Positions 26,108 to 38,871 of a stretch of 64,000 nucleotides of DNA are shown one piece after another. The DNA comes from Octopus sinensis (Eukaryota), in contig NC_043009.1 in the NCBI RefSeq assembly GCF_006345805.1, positions 41,540,001-41,604,000 on the forward strand, read 5' to 3'. A program made the position numbers and the translations under genes. How positions within the stretch are numbered: the first letter of the stretch is position 1; every line of letters starts with the position of its first letter. The notes under the pieces are model-generated. The model worked only from the letters and a program-made list of their open reading frames with translations, made no database searches and was not told the origin of the DNA.

Positions 26108-28127
26108 GTATATATGTATATATATATTTATATATAAACGCATATGCATATATACATGTGCGTTCATAAGCGTAATGAGAAAGAACATGGAAAGGGCATC
26201 AGGTTAGCACTATGCCGTATATGCTGTATAATTTCATTTCATCATTTAATCATAGAATGTATTTACTATCTGTAGAATGGCTGTTGATTAATATTGGTTT
26301 ATTCCCCACCTTGCTATATGAAACCCAACTTCACACTTTCAACGTCCAGGGATATTTACGTAAATAAAGTAAAGGTAAAAGCCACAGGTATATTTATCAT
26401 TTGAGCATTTGAGAGATTTCTGACAAAATAGCGTAAAAATATGATTTGAAAATTAAAATGAATAAATTAAAAGGTTAAATATTAAATAAATAAAAACCCT
26501 TAATAATTTAACGTAATATCAAATTGAGATTGCCATGAGTATGGAATAGCTCCACTAATGAGACTAGACAAATTTGATGTAACCGCAGAAGAATAAAAAA
26601 AATCATATAAATGATTTATCAACAGTTAATGCTGATACTCGTTGAACTCAAAATGGATTTTCAAATTAGCGCCATTTTGTTTTTCGCCAAGCTAAACGGA
26701 CGTCCATGTTTTCATGAAATATTAATTTATCGCTTCCTGCTACGAATCTGATGAACAACCACTGGAAGTAAGCACGAAAGTCAGCAGATTAAAATAAATT
26801 TGTTAAACGTTATAAGAGGATTAAAAATGGCAATATGTGATTCAGTCACTGCAAATTTAATTCACTTTTTTTTTTATATTTTAAATTTCGTTTTATTTCT
26901 ATTAAAAATGGATTTTGAAGTTCACTCGACCTAGCTGTGATAGTTTATCAACTCACTTATAACATTGTTACTACTTAATCTTGCTAATTTTCAAGTCTGA
27001 CTTTTAGAAAGGTTAGATTTCTGAAGAGATTTTCATCAATGCTTTACACACCACTCAACAATACATAAATTATTAGCGACCTTAATATAGCATTCGAGGC
27101 AGAAAATGCTCGTAATATTAGGTTAATACCCATGAATGCACATATTTATAGATTGAAATATGTATCAATGAGAACGCCATTTTTTTTTATGAATTGCCTT
27201 CAAATGTTGTTTTATTTCATGGTATTCATTTATAATGTTCTTGACGTTGTTGTTGTTGTTGTTTTGCCCGAGATCAAGTAGAAATATAATAAAAGGCGTT
27301 CGAATTGCAATTGTCCTATTTTGTACTTTTATTTAGGACTTCGTCATCGATAGTGTGCTTCCCTGTTTCTTAAAGGAATAGGCAGTGCTTCCTTGTTTAA
27401 CAAAGCGGTATAAAACCATTTTCGGGTCCCGGGATGGTGTGAAGACACCTGCTCCCACACTATACCAGGACTTCCCTTAAATGATCAAGTGATAAATAGA
27501 TCTATGACGAAACTCAAGAGTGTTTCAATTTTCTTTTTTTATTGTTGGAGTGGGGCTTATCAGATATTCATGAGCCCTACCATGGCTCTTCAGTCCCCAG
27601 ACCGATGTACCGAGTGATCTCTTGATAGGCTCTATGATAGAATCTTATCTGAGTCCTATTTTTAGCAGGTCATGCAGTTACGTAGCGTATTCCTCGTTGA
27701 TTCGCTATTTACAACGTAGGTGTAATATGAAAAATTAATTGAACAAGAAAGTGGCATGCTATGATGTTCATGCTACCGTCAAGAAGATCAAACGAGTAAA
27801 CAAAAAGATATGACACCACCCTGAAATCGAAATTGCGTCACGCCAATGGAGTAACGTGTAATGTGCGGGATAGTGCAGACGGCACAGCACGGCCATTTAA
27901 TATGTGTGAATTTCATGTAGTGGTAGATATGTTACGTTTAAGATAGGAGTCAGCTAATTTGGTGGTTTTATCCATTTCAAGATTGTGCAAGAAAAGAAGT
28001 ACTTTTTTCTAATTCCAAGAGCAAAAGAAAAATTGAAAAACCACTACGGTAATCTTTCCAAATGTACAATAACGAGATGGACTTGCAGATAGAATCTATA
28101 TACAATCAAGGACAGTGATAGTGTATT

Positions 28128-28198
28128 TAGTGCTCTCGGCACACGGTGATCAAAAGCCACACTACGCCACTGTGACTCCCATGCCTCATCAGGAGCGC
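28128..28198 (-). ncRNA. Degenerate hammerhead-like motif
   Basis: The minus strand reads CTGATGA-GGCAT..38 nt..GTGCC-GAGA-GCAC-TA. GAAA is changed to GAGA and the 3' strand of helix I is missing. Confidence 0.4.
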
Positions 28199-28285
28199 TA
28201 GCAGATGCATCTGTCGGTAAATTCTGATGGCATTTATAGTCGATGGATGAAACGTACTTTACGTCATACAAAAACCCAACGACCA

Positions 28286-28490
28286 TCTCTTATATAAAAT
28301 CCGTTCTGTCTGTCTGTGTGTGTGTGGCTTCTAGGATCTCGGGCATCCTCCATCCGATTGCGCTCAAATTTGTTATGTAGATACCGACGGTATCAGGGCG
28401 TGTATAAGTCTTGAAAGTATTACAAAAATCGATTCCAGGTGAGAATGCGATCGATAAAGCCGTGGGAAATCGTTTTTCTTTGGAATAGAA
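28286..28490 (+). mobile_element. Helitron-like 5' fragment
   Basis: A|TCtcttatataaaa followed by gtctgtctgtgtg, resembling the start at 6036. No CTAG 3' end was found. Confidence 0.5.
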
Positions 28491-29041
28491 AAAAGTCTAT
28501 CTTTATTTCTTCTTTTGCTGGTGTCTCAAATTTAGCTTAGATCAGTGTTTCTCAAAGGAGAGGCCTATGAGACAGTCGGACAAGTTGTTTTGAGAAAATT
28601 TGGTTTAAATGTTTGACAACTCAGCACCGTCCATTGGACGGAGTGGGGGGCGTTTTGCTCGTTCTATAAAAGATTAGTATATTGATGGGATTTATGCGAT
28701 TTAGGACATATACTAGGAAAATTAATGCTGCAGCTCAACCTCAACACCAGCAATAGTCAAGATTATATTTGTAGCATGTGCCCATTTCTTTTTTAGTTTA
28801 GACCATTATTCCTTTCCTTTTCTGTTTTTGGTTTACCCCTATTTTTACCACTAAGTTACAGTCATACTTGGCTGAAAGAATCAGGCATAATCATGACGTT
28901 AATTAACAATTTTCTCGAACTGGTTTGCAAAATCTTTACTCCGTTTTAAATACAAAATATTAGGTGAAATAGATTTGCAATCGTCCATGTTACGTTAGAT
29001 TATATACGGTTCGTTACTTGTAAATTGAACGCTGATTATAT

Positions 29042-29208
29042 ATAGGCGCAGACATGATTGTGTGGTTTAGAAGCATATTCTGCAAGCAAGAAGTTTCGTG
29101 TTCTGCTCCACTGCCTGCCATGTTAGGCAAATATCTTCGTCTATAGTTCCGGCCTGATCAATTCATTGTTAGTAAATTTAATAGGCAGAAACTGGGGAAG
29201 CCCGTCTC

Positions 29209-29245
<37 letters not shown>

Positions 29246-29272
29246 ATATGTGGTGTGTGTGTGTGTGTGTGG

Positions 29273-29349
<77 letters not shown>

Positions 29350-29566
29350 ATGTGTGCATGGTGTATGTGTGTGTGTGTATGTGCGCGCGTTTGTGTATGT
29401 AGTCTTTGTGTTTGTGTTCGTCTCCACACGCCGCTCGACAACCGGTGTTGGTTTGCTTGCGCCCTCGTGACTTAGCGGTTTGTACTGGAATCGATTTGTT
29501 CTACTGAAACGCGCTTCAAGACGTTGCACCAACATGTCCGCAGCCCAATGACTGAAACATGTTCAA
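29042..29566 (+). mobile_element. SINE family B, diverged
   Basis: taggcgcagacatgattgtgtgg head, body, (GT)n and gactgaaac tail. Confidence 0.8.
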
Positions 29567-30069
29567 GGTAAATGGTAACTAAACCTATAACCAGTCGATA
29601 AAAGAATAGATAACGTACAATATGATGAAATTACAAGCTGGGTTCTGGGATTTTTTTTCCATAATTTATACGAAAATTTTAGCAAACGAAAGCGAATGAT
29701 AAAACGAGAGGCAGCTGATTTATTCAACAACAGTGAAGTAAGAGAGGACCATAAATTTTCTTCCTACCGCTGTTAGAATAACAATGGAATAATGCCAGAT
29801 TTTTAAAAAGAGTATGGCAAGGACAATTGCTCATCGTAATTGACCAATCAATCGAGATATCATTTCAATGTGATTTGTAAAAGCATGTTTTAACAGTGAG
29901 CAAACATTTAGGTTCAGAGAATACTTGTCGTCGCTAAGTGTACAGTATTTTTCGATACCTGAAAACAGTTTTTCCAATACAAGATATCTTACATTTAAAC
30001 ATGATTTCCCAAAATTCTTTCAGGGTAAGAAGTGGCATGTAAAATAATTCTTTTGGATATAACTGTCTT

Positions 30070-30344
30070 ATCTTTTATCTTTTACTTGTTTCAGTCATTT
30101 GACTGTAGCCATGCTGAAGTACCTCCTCGAAGAATTGTAGTCGAACCATTCGACCCCAGTACATTTGTAACCCTGGTATTTATTTTGTCAGTCTCTTTTG
30201 CCGAACCGCTAAATTGTAGGGACATAGACACTGACGAGGTTGTTAATTGCTGGCGGGGGAAAACACAGACAAAGAGATGCACACACGGAAAATCACACAC
30301 ATACACGCACAAACACACACACGCACACACACAAATACGCACAC

Positions 30345-30435
<91 letters not shown>

Positions 30436-30598
30436 CGACGAGCTTGTTTCAGTTTCCGTCCACCAAATCCACTCACAAGGTTTCAGTCGGCCCGAAGCTA
30501 TAATAGAAGACACTTGCCTAAGGTGTCACGCAGTGGGATTGAAGCCAGAACCAAGTGGTTGGGAAGCAATTTTCTTACCACACAGCCGCACTTGTGCC
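30070..30598 (-). mobile_element. SINE family B
   Basis: ttttacttgtttcagtcatttgactg ... agaagacacttgcc ... accacacagccgc. Confidence 0.85.
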
Positions 30599-30844
30599 AA
30601 TGCTTATTATTATTTCACTGTCTGTAAATGGATCAAACTACAACTAAAACATAAGCTTCCATGAAAAAATTGTGCCATATTGGATAAATTAAAGGAGGAA
30701 CAACAGAAAGAGAATCATCGGTGAATAAACCATCTATCCATATCAACTTACTGGGTGTTGACAGTTTGAAGTGTGCGTTGTATCCAGTATTAACAATATA
30801 TACTTTTAAAGGACAGAATATCTTCTCAAAGTGAAACCAACATC

Positions 30845-31527
30845 CAACCATTACTGGATAAAACAGACGACTCTAAGTTATCCGACTTAATTCCTGTTTA
30901 AAGTGATCAAAAGCAAAATTTTCCTTCCAAATTTCAGGTTGATTTATGTCTCAAAGATTAGCTTAAACTTGACACCTATTTTACTAAATTCCTCGTTATT
31001 TTCCAAAATTAATTGAAACAAAGGCAGAATATTTCAATAAAAAATGGTAACAAAAGGGTGAAATCCTTTCGATACCAAACCATCTGAGACCAGCCGTAGT
31101 TCAATATTGTAACTTTTTGTATTAAAAGTGATCTAAATTAGAATCTTCCATCAATATTTCATGCCAATTTATATTTCAAATTCTAGCTTAAGGCTGACAA
31201 AGTTATTTTATTGAATTCTTCAATATTTTCAAAGTTAATTGAACAATATAGAAGTGTGTTTAAGGCGGCGAGCTGGCAGGATCGATAGCACGCCGGGCGA
31301 AATGCGTAGCCGTATTTCGTCTGAGTTCAAATTCCGCTGAGGTCGACTTTGCCTTTCATCCTTTCGGGGTCGATAAATTAAGTACCAGTTACGCACTGGA
31401 GTCGATATAATCGATTAATCCGTTTATCTGTCCTTGTTTGTCTTCTATGTGTTTAGCCCCTTGTGGGTAGTAAAGAAATATATATATAGAAGTGTATTTC
31501 TAAAGACATATATTAACAAAAGGTTTA
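30845..31527. mobile_element. Two tandem piggyBac-like MITEs, the second interrupted by SINE A
   Basis: Degenerate (ttaa)ccctttcgatacc ... acaaaagggt(taa) termini at about 31061 and 31527. The internal sequences of the two units are similar. Confidence 0.5.
31262..31480 (+). mobile_element. SINE family A monomer with TSD
   Basis: TSD tatagaagtgt(g/a)ttt. Confidence 0.92.
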
Positions 31528-31685
31528 GATATAAAGATAAAAATATTATTTGTTGGCGTTTATCTATGATTTTCTCAGGTCGGTAGATTTTAATATTGTA
31601 GCACTTCAACAAGAAGTGTTAGTTAACTGGTTAAGAAGGGGAAATAAAATCGGTGAAACACTGAAAATATTTCAATCTTTTTCAG

Positions 31686-31721
31686 ATACCTGCTGAGGAA
31701 ACATTGTATATTTTATGATTG
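31686..31721 (+). other. Candidate 36-nt micro-exon (YLLRKHCIFYDW frame)
   Basis: Acceptor tctttttcag| and donor TG|gtaatt; one open frame, phase 2-2. Could arise by chance. Confidence 0.2.
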
Positions 31722-32147
31722 GTAATTAAAACAGACTATATACTGCCGAGAAAGCATTTAGTAGCCGTAGCTGAAAAAAGATAATCTTGAGAATGGTAGA
31801 AAGTCTCTTGAACAGAGGTCTAAACTTGATAGACTGAAGTAGAGCCGCCTGGATGAGGAAAGTACGTTGTGAGAGCCGAAACATTCATTGACCACGGATG
31901 CAACAGCTGATGATGTGCCTATGTATTGTATCTGTAGATGAATGATTGAACTCAAATTTATCATTTATATCTTTAAAGAATAAGAATTATTTAACCGCCT
32001 AACGGAAAACACAACCAAACTGAAATCAGGCAGCAAAAGCCAGCATAGTTGTATATTCCGTCTTCATTAACATAATATTTTGGTGATAAAATATTACGTT
32101 AATTAAGATGGAAGATGCAGACGACTGTAGCTTAGCTAATTATACAG

Positions 32148-32300
32148 GATCTTCTTCTTCTTCTTCTTCTTCTTCTTCTTCTTCTTCTTCTTCTCTTCTT
32201 CTTCTTCTTCTTCTTCTTCTTCTTCTTCTTCTTCTTCTTCTTCTCTTCTTCTTCTTCTCTTCTTCTTCTTCTTGCCGTTGTCTTGATTGCTGTTGTAGTT

Positions 32301-32338
<38 letters not shown>

Positions 32339-32366
32339 GTTATTATTATTATTGGCAGTAGTAGAT

Positions 32367-32405
<39 letters not shown>

Positions 32406-32410
32406 AGTAG

Positions 32411-32442
<32 letters not shown>

Positions 32443-33067
32443 GATGATGATGTTCTTGTTACTCTTGTAGATTTCTTTTTCCTTATCCGGATTGGGTTTC
32501 GAAACAACTGAAGCGAAAATAATTTCAGACATGTTTTGAGATATCAAGAAATAATGGTAAGGAATGGCATCTATTCTTGGAGCAGTTTCTGTTATTGTTT
32601 GCTTATCAGTATCTTTGTCAGCCAGTAAACACGCTGCTATCGTTCTAATCTTGGTTAGTGACTCTACTAATATGTTTACTTGTACTTGCTAGTAGAACAG
32701 GATGTGTCTATTTTCATGGGAATCCGATTGGCAACAAATAAAAACCACGATGAAGACGACGACGACGACGACGATGATGATGTTGAGGATGATGATGGTG
32801 ATGATGATGATAACGATGGTAATGACGATGATGGCGATGGCGATGGTGATGACGACAACGACGAAGATGATGATCATGATGATGATGACAACGACAATGA
32901 TGATGATGATGATGATGATGATGACCACAGTGATGATGAAACAATGAGGGTGATGATAATAATGAAGAGGATGTTGAGGAAAACGATGATGAGGAAAACG
33001 ATGATGGTGACGATGAGGATGATGATGATGAAGATGATGATGAAGATGATGATGATGACGATGATGG

Positions 33068-33131
<64 letters not shown>

Positions 33132-33545
33132 GATGATGACGATGATATAGATGATGATGATGATGATGATGATGATAAAGTCGATGATGATGACGATGAG
33201 GATGATGATGAAAACGATGATGATGACGATGACGATGAGGATGACGATGATGATAATGATGGTGAAGATGACGATGACGACGACAACGACGACAAAGAGG
33301 ATGATGAAGGTGATGATGGTTATGATGACGACTACGAAGACGACGATGACGATGGTGATGAAAATGACGACGACGACGACGGTGATGATGATGGCGGCGA
33401 CGATGACAACGATGTTGAAATGATGATGATGGTGTTAGTAGTGTTGGATATCAGTGGTGGTGCAGGTGGTGGGATCTTGGTGAAGGTAGTTGAGGCAGTG
33501 GCGGCGGCGGCGGCTGCAGATGCGGACGTGGTGGTAATGATGGCG
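32148..33545. repeat. Compound trinucleotide region: (TTC)n, (ATT)n, (GTA)n, (GTT)n and ~700 bp of (GAT/GAC)n
   Basis: Read directly. Confidence 0.97.
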
Positions 33546-33576
33546 GTGATTTTAATGAATATTTATTTCTGTTATT

Positions 33577-33967
33577 TCATTTACTTGTTTCAGTCATTTG
33601 ACTGCGGCCAAGGTGGAGCACCGCCTTTAGTCGAGCAAATCGACACCGGGACTTATTCTTTGTAAGCCCAGTACTTATTCTATCAGTCTCTTTTTACCGA
33701 ACCGCTAAGTGACGGGAACGTAAACACACCAGCATCGGTTGTCAAGCAATGCTAGGGGACAAACACAGACACACAAATACACACACATACATATATATAT
33801 ACGACGGGCATCTTTCAGTTTCCGTCTGCCAAATCCACTCACAAGGCATTGGTCGGCCCGGTGCTATAGTAGAAGACACTTGCCCAAGATGCCACGCAGT
33901 GGGACTGAACCCGGAACCATGTGGTTGGTTTGCAAGCTACTTACCACACAGCCACTCCTGCGCCTAT
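33577..33967 (-). mobile_element. SINE family B, full length
   Basis: Reverse of 24852-25304. Confidence 0.92.
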
Positions 33968-34496
33968 ATGATGATGATGATGATGAGGGTACTGATAAAG
34001 GTGATAAAGAACATGTTGATGATGATAATAATAATAATAATGATAATAATAATAATAATAACAATAATAATAATAATAATAATAATAATGATAATAATAA
34101 TAATAATAATGATAATAATAATAATAATAATGATAATAATAATAATAATAATAATAATAATATCAACACCAAGCTTCAACAAAAAGCAAGCACGCAAAAT
34201 AAAAAAAATAATAAAATGCAACAAGGGAGATATAAACTCTCTCCTGAAGACAATACAAAATGTTAAGAGAAACATCAAAATAAAAGTTAAAAAAAAGACG
34301 GATAAAATAATAGCTTTTGTGTGTGTTTGTGTGTGTGTGTGTGCGCGTGTGTGTGTGTGCGTGTGTAAGTGCGTGCATGTATGTGTGTGTGTGTATGTAT
34401 ATGTGTGTATGTGTTTAGACATATGCATATGTGTTATACCTCTCTTTCCCCCGTCTGTCTGAATGCTTGTGAGTGTGTGTAAACACACACACATAC

Positions 34497-34533
<37 letters not shown>

Positions 34534-34983
34534 AATATATGTACCTGCATATTAGATAAATATGTATGTTACACATGTAGACAAAGCTAACTTACGCCCA
34601 CATATATATACCATACACATGCACATCGTTTGTTCACCGGCACAGACAGACAGACAGACACATACACACATGTACACACACCACGTGAAAAAAGCACACC
34701 TCAACTACTACACACAAGACACACACACACACACACATTGCAGACGCACGGACTTATACACGCACAAATTCACACACGTCAGAATCTCTAGCCCCTATAC
34801 ACACACGCACTTACACATTTACACATGCGATTCTCACAAACAGACACACGCACGCACACCTTCATTTGGGATCACCTTTTCTTTCAACCTCTTCTTTCAA
34901 AGTTTTTTCTAATTCTTTGCCATGCTTGACCGCTAAATTTACAAGTTTGCTTTCATTCTCTCTCAGTCTATTTTCTCTTATTC

Positions 34984-35019
34984 CTTTCTGTTGAAGGACG
35001 TTGGATCGAAACGTAAAAG
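34984..35019 (+). ncRNA. Minimal hammerhead-like motif (CUGUUGA variant) in a Penelope-like 3' fragment (~34940-35110)
   Basis: CTTT-CTGTTGA-aGGACgttgGATC-GAAA-CG-TA-AAAG. Helix III is the ACGT palindrome and helix II has one mismatch. Confidence 0.45.
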
Positions 35020-35166
35020 TCACTTTCATTTTCCTGAGCGTCAAACTAATATACCTACTTGTTGTTCATACACCTGTGATCATCTTTTGTTTCTCTATAA
35101 ATTTGAACTATATATATATGTGTGTGTGTGTAAAAAGCTACTGTTTGGTGATGTTCCGTACTTAAT

Positions 35167-36121
35167 GTGTATTTAATAAATAAAACATATGCATATATAC
35201 ATACATATATGTACATACCTACATCTACATGTATATATATACATGCATATATGGGTACAAGACACCAAAAAACGTCGAACACAATGAGAAACGAAAACAT
35301 AAACACAAAACCAAGGAACTGGGCATTTTTCTTAAACAACGAAAAAATAGAATACAGGACAAATAACACAAGGAAAATTCCCCTTCTTCAGTCGCCATGG
35401 TTTCATCTACTCCGCGTTTCGAAGGTGAAGGCGAGACGCGACTTCGACTGAAACATTCCTTCCCGCGAAAAGCAAATTAAATAAAATTTGAGATTTTTTT
35501 GCGGAGGGGTAAAAATGGTAACAAAAACAGGACAGTAACGACAGTACAAAATATAAACAGTAAAAGACAGGACAAGGAGAATAACAGTAACACAGACAAG
35601 AAGCGCTGTTAAGCCGAACGAGATAAAAAATTACGAACGCTATTTTTGAGAACGCCGAAGGAGCCACAGAAAATGCCGTCTACACTCAGGTGAAGCAAGG
35701 TCAGAAAAGACAGTAGTTTCCTCATCGCTGACCAGCGACGGGACAGGGGAGGAGGAGTAAGAGAAAGGGAAGGGGAGAGAAAAAAGAGGAATGCTTGTAG
35801 AGAAAACCAGAAAGAATGAAGAATGAGAGAGAGGGAGGGAGAGACAGTAAGGTAGAAGAGAAGGAAGGCTGAGAAAGGGAGGGGGGAAGAAAGGTTAAGA
35901 GTGCGCATCAGTATTAATATTAAGAACAAACTTACTTAGAAATGGATGCGTGCGTTCTGTCGTGTAATAACAAATTAATAAATAAAACATATACATATAT
36001 ACATACATATATGAACGTACCTACATCTACATGTATACATACATGCATATATGGGTACAAGACACAAAAAAAAACGTCGAACACAATGAGAAACGAAAAC
36101 ATAAACACAAAACCAAGGAAC
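35167..36121 (-). mobile_element. ~800-bp element with ~150-bp terminal direct repeats (pseudo-LTR-like)
   Basis: 35167-35319 is close to identical to 35975-36121 (ataaataaaacatat...cacaaaaccaaggaac). No ORF was recognised, and the strand is tentative. Confidence 0.55.
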
Positions 36122-36437
36122 ATTTCAATTAACCTGAAGATTGACTGTAACAATAACTCGAATTATTACGAATTGTACAGCCATGAAACGATCGTAGTGT
36201 TTTACTCTTTATCTTTTATTAAACTTTTAATACTTTTGATATATATTTAAAATAATATAAATTAATTAATTTTATGTATTGGCTTATGTTTTTCATTGTT
36301 TGATTTGCCTAATAGTGGTTTTATCTCTAATTTAATATAATATAATATAATATATTTTACTATAAAATTGGATTTAATCCTAAATCTGATTTTTCCCTGT
36401 AAGTTTGGATTTATTCCCTAATATTTTATTATTATTA
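36122..36437 (+). mobile_element. Penelope-like terminal fragment (hammerhead plus AT-rich 3' region)
   Basis: The 3' part recurs at 3697-3875 and 24250-24380 and ends in (TA)n. Confidence 0.7.
36131..36200 (+). ncRNA. Type-I hammerhead-like ribozyme, second family
   Basis: CTGAAGA(36134-40), helix II of ~12 bp tgactgt(a)acaat/attgtacagcca, GAAA(36185-88), palindromic helix III ACGATCGT, GUA triplet. Helix I is weak. Confidence 0.65.
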
Positions 36438-36522
36438 TATATATATATATTCGTTCGGGTTTGCACGAAACTCGGGGTCACTCTGTTACTTCTACTAAAT
36501 ATTAATAAAAAATACATATATT

Positions 36523-36625
<103 letters not shown>

Positions 36626-36627
36626 AC

Positions 36628-36661
<34 letters not shown>

Positions 36662-37215
36662 CTGTGTGTGTATGTTTTCATGCACGTTTATATATGCATG
36701 TATGTATGGGTGTATGCGTATGAATTAATTTCAGGCTTACATATAAAATTGTGCGTGCGTGTGTGTGTGAGAATCCCTCTCTTCTTTCTGTGATAACACG
36801 TGCCTTCTCTGTGTCAGAATGTCAGATAATAGGGCCAGAAATCACATAACAGAGACGTTTGGTCACGCTTCAACTTTTGCACGGCTCAGATAAAAGCTGA
36901 TAACTGTTGGTTATTTAAGGGATATTTTGACAACCAGACAAACCGTAAATACTAATATGGTACCACGCAATCACAACGGGAGACAACTCTGCCGAACCTA
37001 CCAGAAAGCCAGTGCATACTCAACGGTGTTCCTAAAAGCAGCAGTTGAAATCCTTTCAAATCGTAGTCTGCCGTATTGAAAACGAGACATAAAATGTATT
37101 AAAAGAGAATACTAGAAACACAAAATGGCTATTACTGGAGTGTTGTTTGACTCATAGATTCAAGTTCCAGATCGATCAGAGTTGACCTAGTACTAAGTAA
37201 TGATAATAATAATAA

Positions 37216-37251
<36 letters not shown>

Positions 37252-37253
<2 letters not shown>

Positions 37254-38304
37254 GGCGTTTGATAGCATCCCCCACACATGGATCCTCGAAACACTAGCCA
37301 TTAACAAAGTAGCACCAACAATTTTAGAATACATAGGACACTCTATGAATAAATGGCAAACAGTGCTACAGCTCCAAACAAAAGAGGGACTCGTGAAAAC
37401 CAAAGCCATCCCCATTAGAAGAGGAATATTCCAGGGAGACACGCTCTCTCCACTTCTTTTCTGCTTGGCACTGCCACCTCTATCTGATATGCTAAATAGG
37501 ACTGGATGCGGATATAAATGTTACGAAAAAACGATCAGCCACCTTTTATATATGGATGACCTAAAACTATACGCTACAAATGACAAACAGCTGGAAACAC
37601 TACTAAAGACAGTTCATGGATTTACCAAAGAAATAGATATGAAATTTGGGTTAGAAAAATGCGCCAAAGTAACCCTGAAAAGAGGAAAACTAGCTAAGAG
37701 TAGCAACATCACACTAGATAAAGCCAATGAAATAAGAAAATTAGACCAAAGCCAAACTTACAAATATTTAGGAATCCATGAACTAGATAAGACACAACAC
37801 ACACAAATGAAAGAGAAAATAAATAAATAAAACTATAGACGAGTTAGATCAATACTAAAAACAGAGCTCAAAGCTAAAAACAAGATAATAGGTATTAACA
37901 CTTTAGCCGTCCCAGTTATAAGTTACAGCTACAATATCTTTAACTGGACGCTAAATGAACTAACCAAAATAGATAGGAAAACAAGAAAAATAATGACAGG
38001 ATCTAGGATGCATCACCCAAGATCTGACGTAGAAAGGCTATATATACAACGTATAGAAGGTGGTAGAGGCCTTATAAAGCTGGAAAACTACTATAAAATA
38101 ACCACCATAGGACTGCAAAAATACCTACTTCAGAAGCAAGGAAAACTGATACAAATAGCGGCAAAACACGAGCAAAACAAAAAATTGTTCTCAGTATCTA
38201 AGGAAGCTGACAAATACAAACAAGAAATCATACCACCTAACAAATATGAAGAAGAAGAAGAAAGAAGAAAGAAGAAGAAGAAGAAAGAAGAAGAAGAAGA
38301 AGAA

Positions 38305-38335
<31 letters not shown>

Positions 38336-38871
38336 AAGAAGAAGAAGAAGAAAAGAAGAAGAAGAGAAGAAGAAGAAGAAAACACAACAAAAGCTATAAA
38401 GCAAATGAAATCAAAACTAAAACTAGAACAGCAACGGACCATGATAAAACGATGGCAAGGAAAGCCCCTTCATGGAAAGTACTGGACTAAACTAAATGCA
38501 AAAGAAATAGACAAAGAAAAATCCGAGCAGTGGTTGAGAAGCTCAGGACTCAAAGCAGAGACAGAGGGATTTTTAATTGCAGCACAAGACCAAAGCCTCC
38601 CCACCAGAAATTACCAAAAACATGTAATGAAAAGAAATATAACAAGTAACTGCAGAATATGTGGAGATGGACAAGAAACAATAAATCATATTAACTCTGG
38701 CTGACCAGGCCTGGCTAAGAAGGAATATATTGACAGATACGACAGAGTTGGAACCTACATACACTGGAAGCTATGCCAATATAATGGAATAACATCAGAA
38801 AAAAGATGGTTTAGACACACACCAGAAAAGGTCACAGAAAACGAGAAAGCAACCATACTCTGGGATATGCC
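37252..38871 (+). mobile_element. Dong/R4-clade non-LTR retrotransposon, 5'-truncated RT-CCHC pseudo-ORF
   Basis: KAFDSIPH...GIFQGDTLSPLLF...HLLYMDDLKL...KYLG...GGRGL...CRICGDGQETINH. There is a stop at 37828, a frameshift in the GAA tract and a stop at 38702. It begins directly after (TAA)n. Confidence 0.92.

Noticed and set aside
26748-26790. CTGATGA...GAAA hammerhead candidate
   Set aside because: No helix II closes the core and helices I and III are not adjacent.
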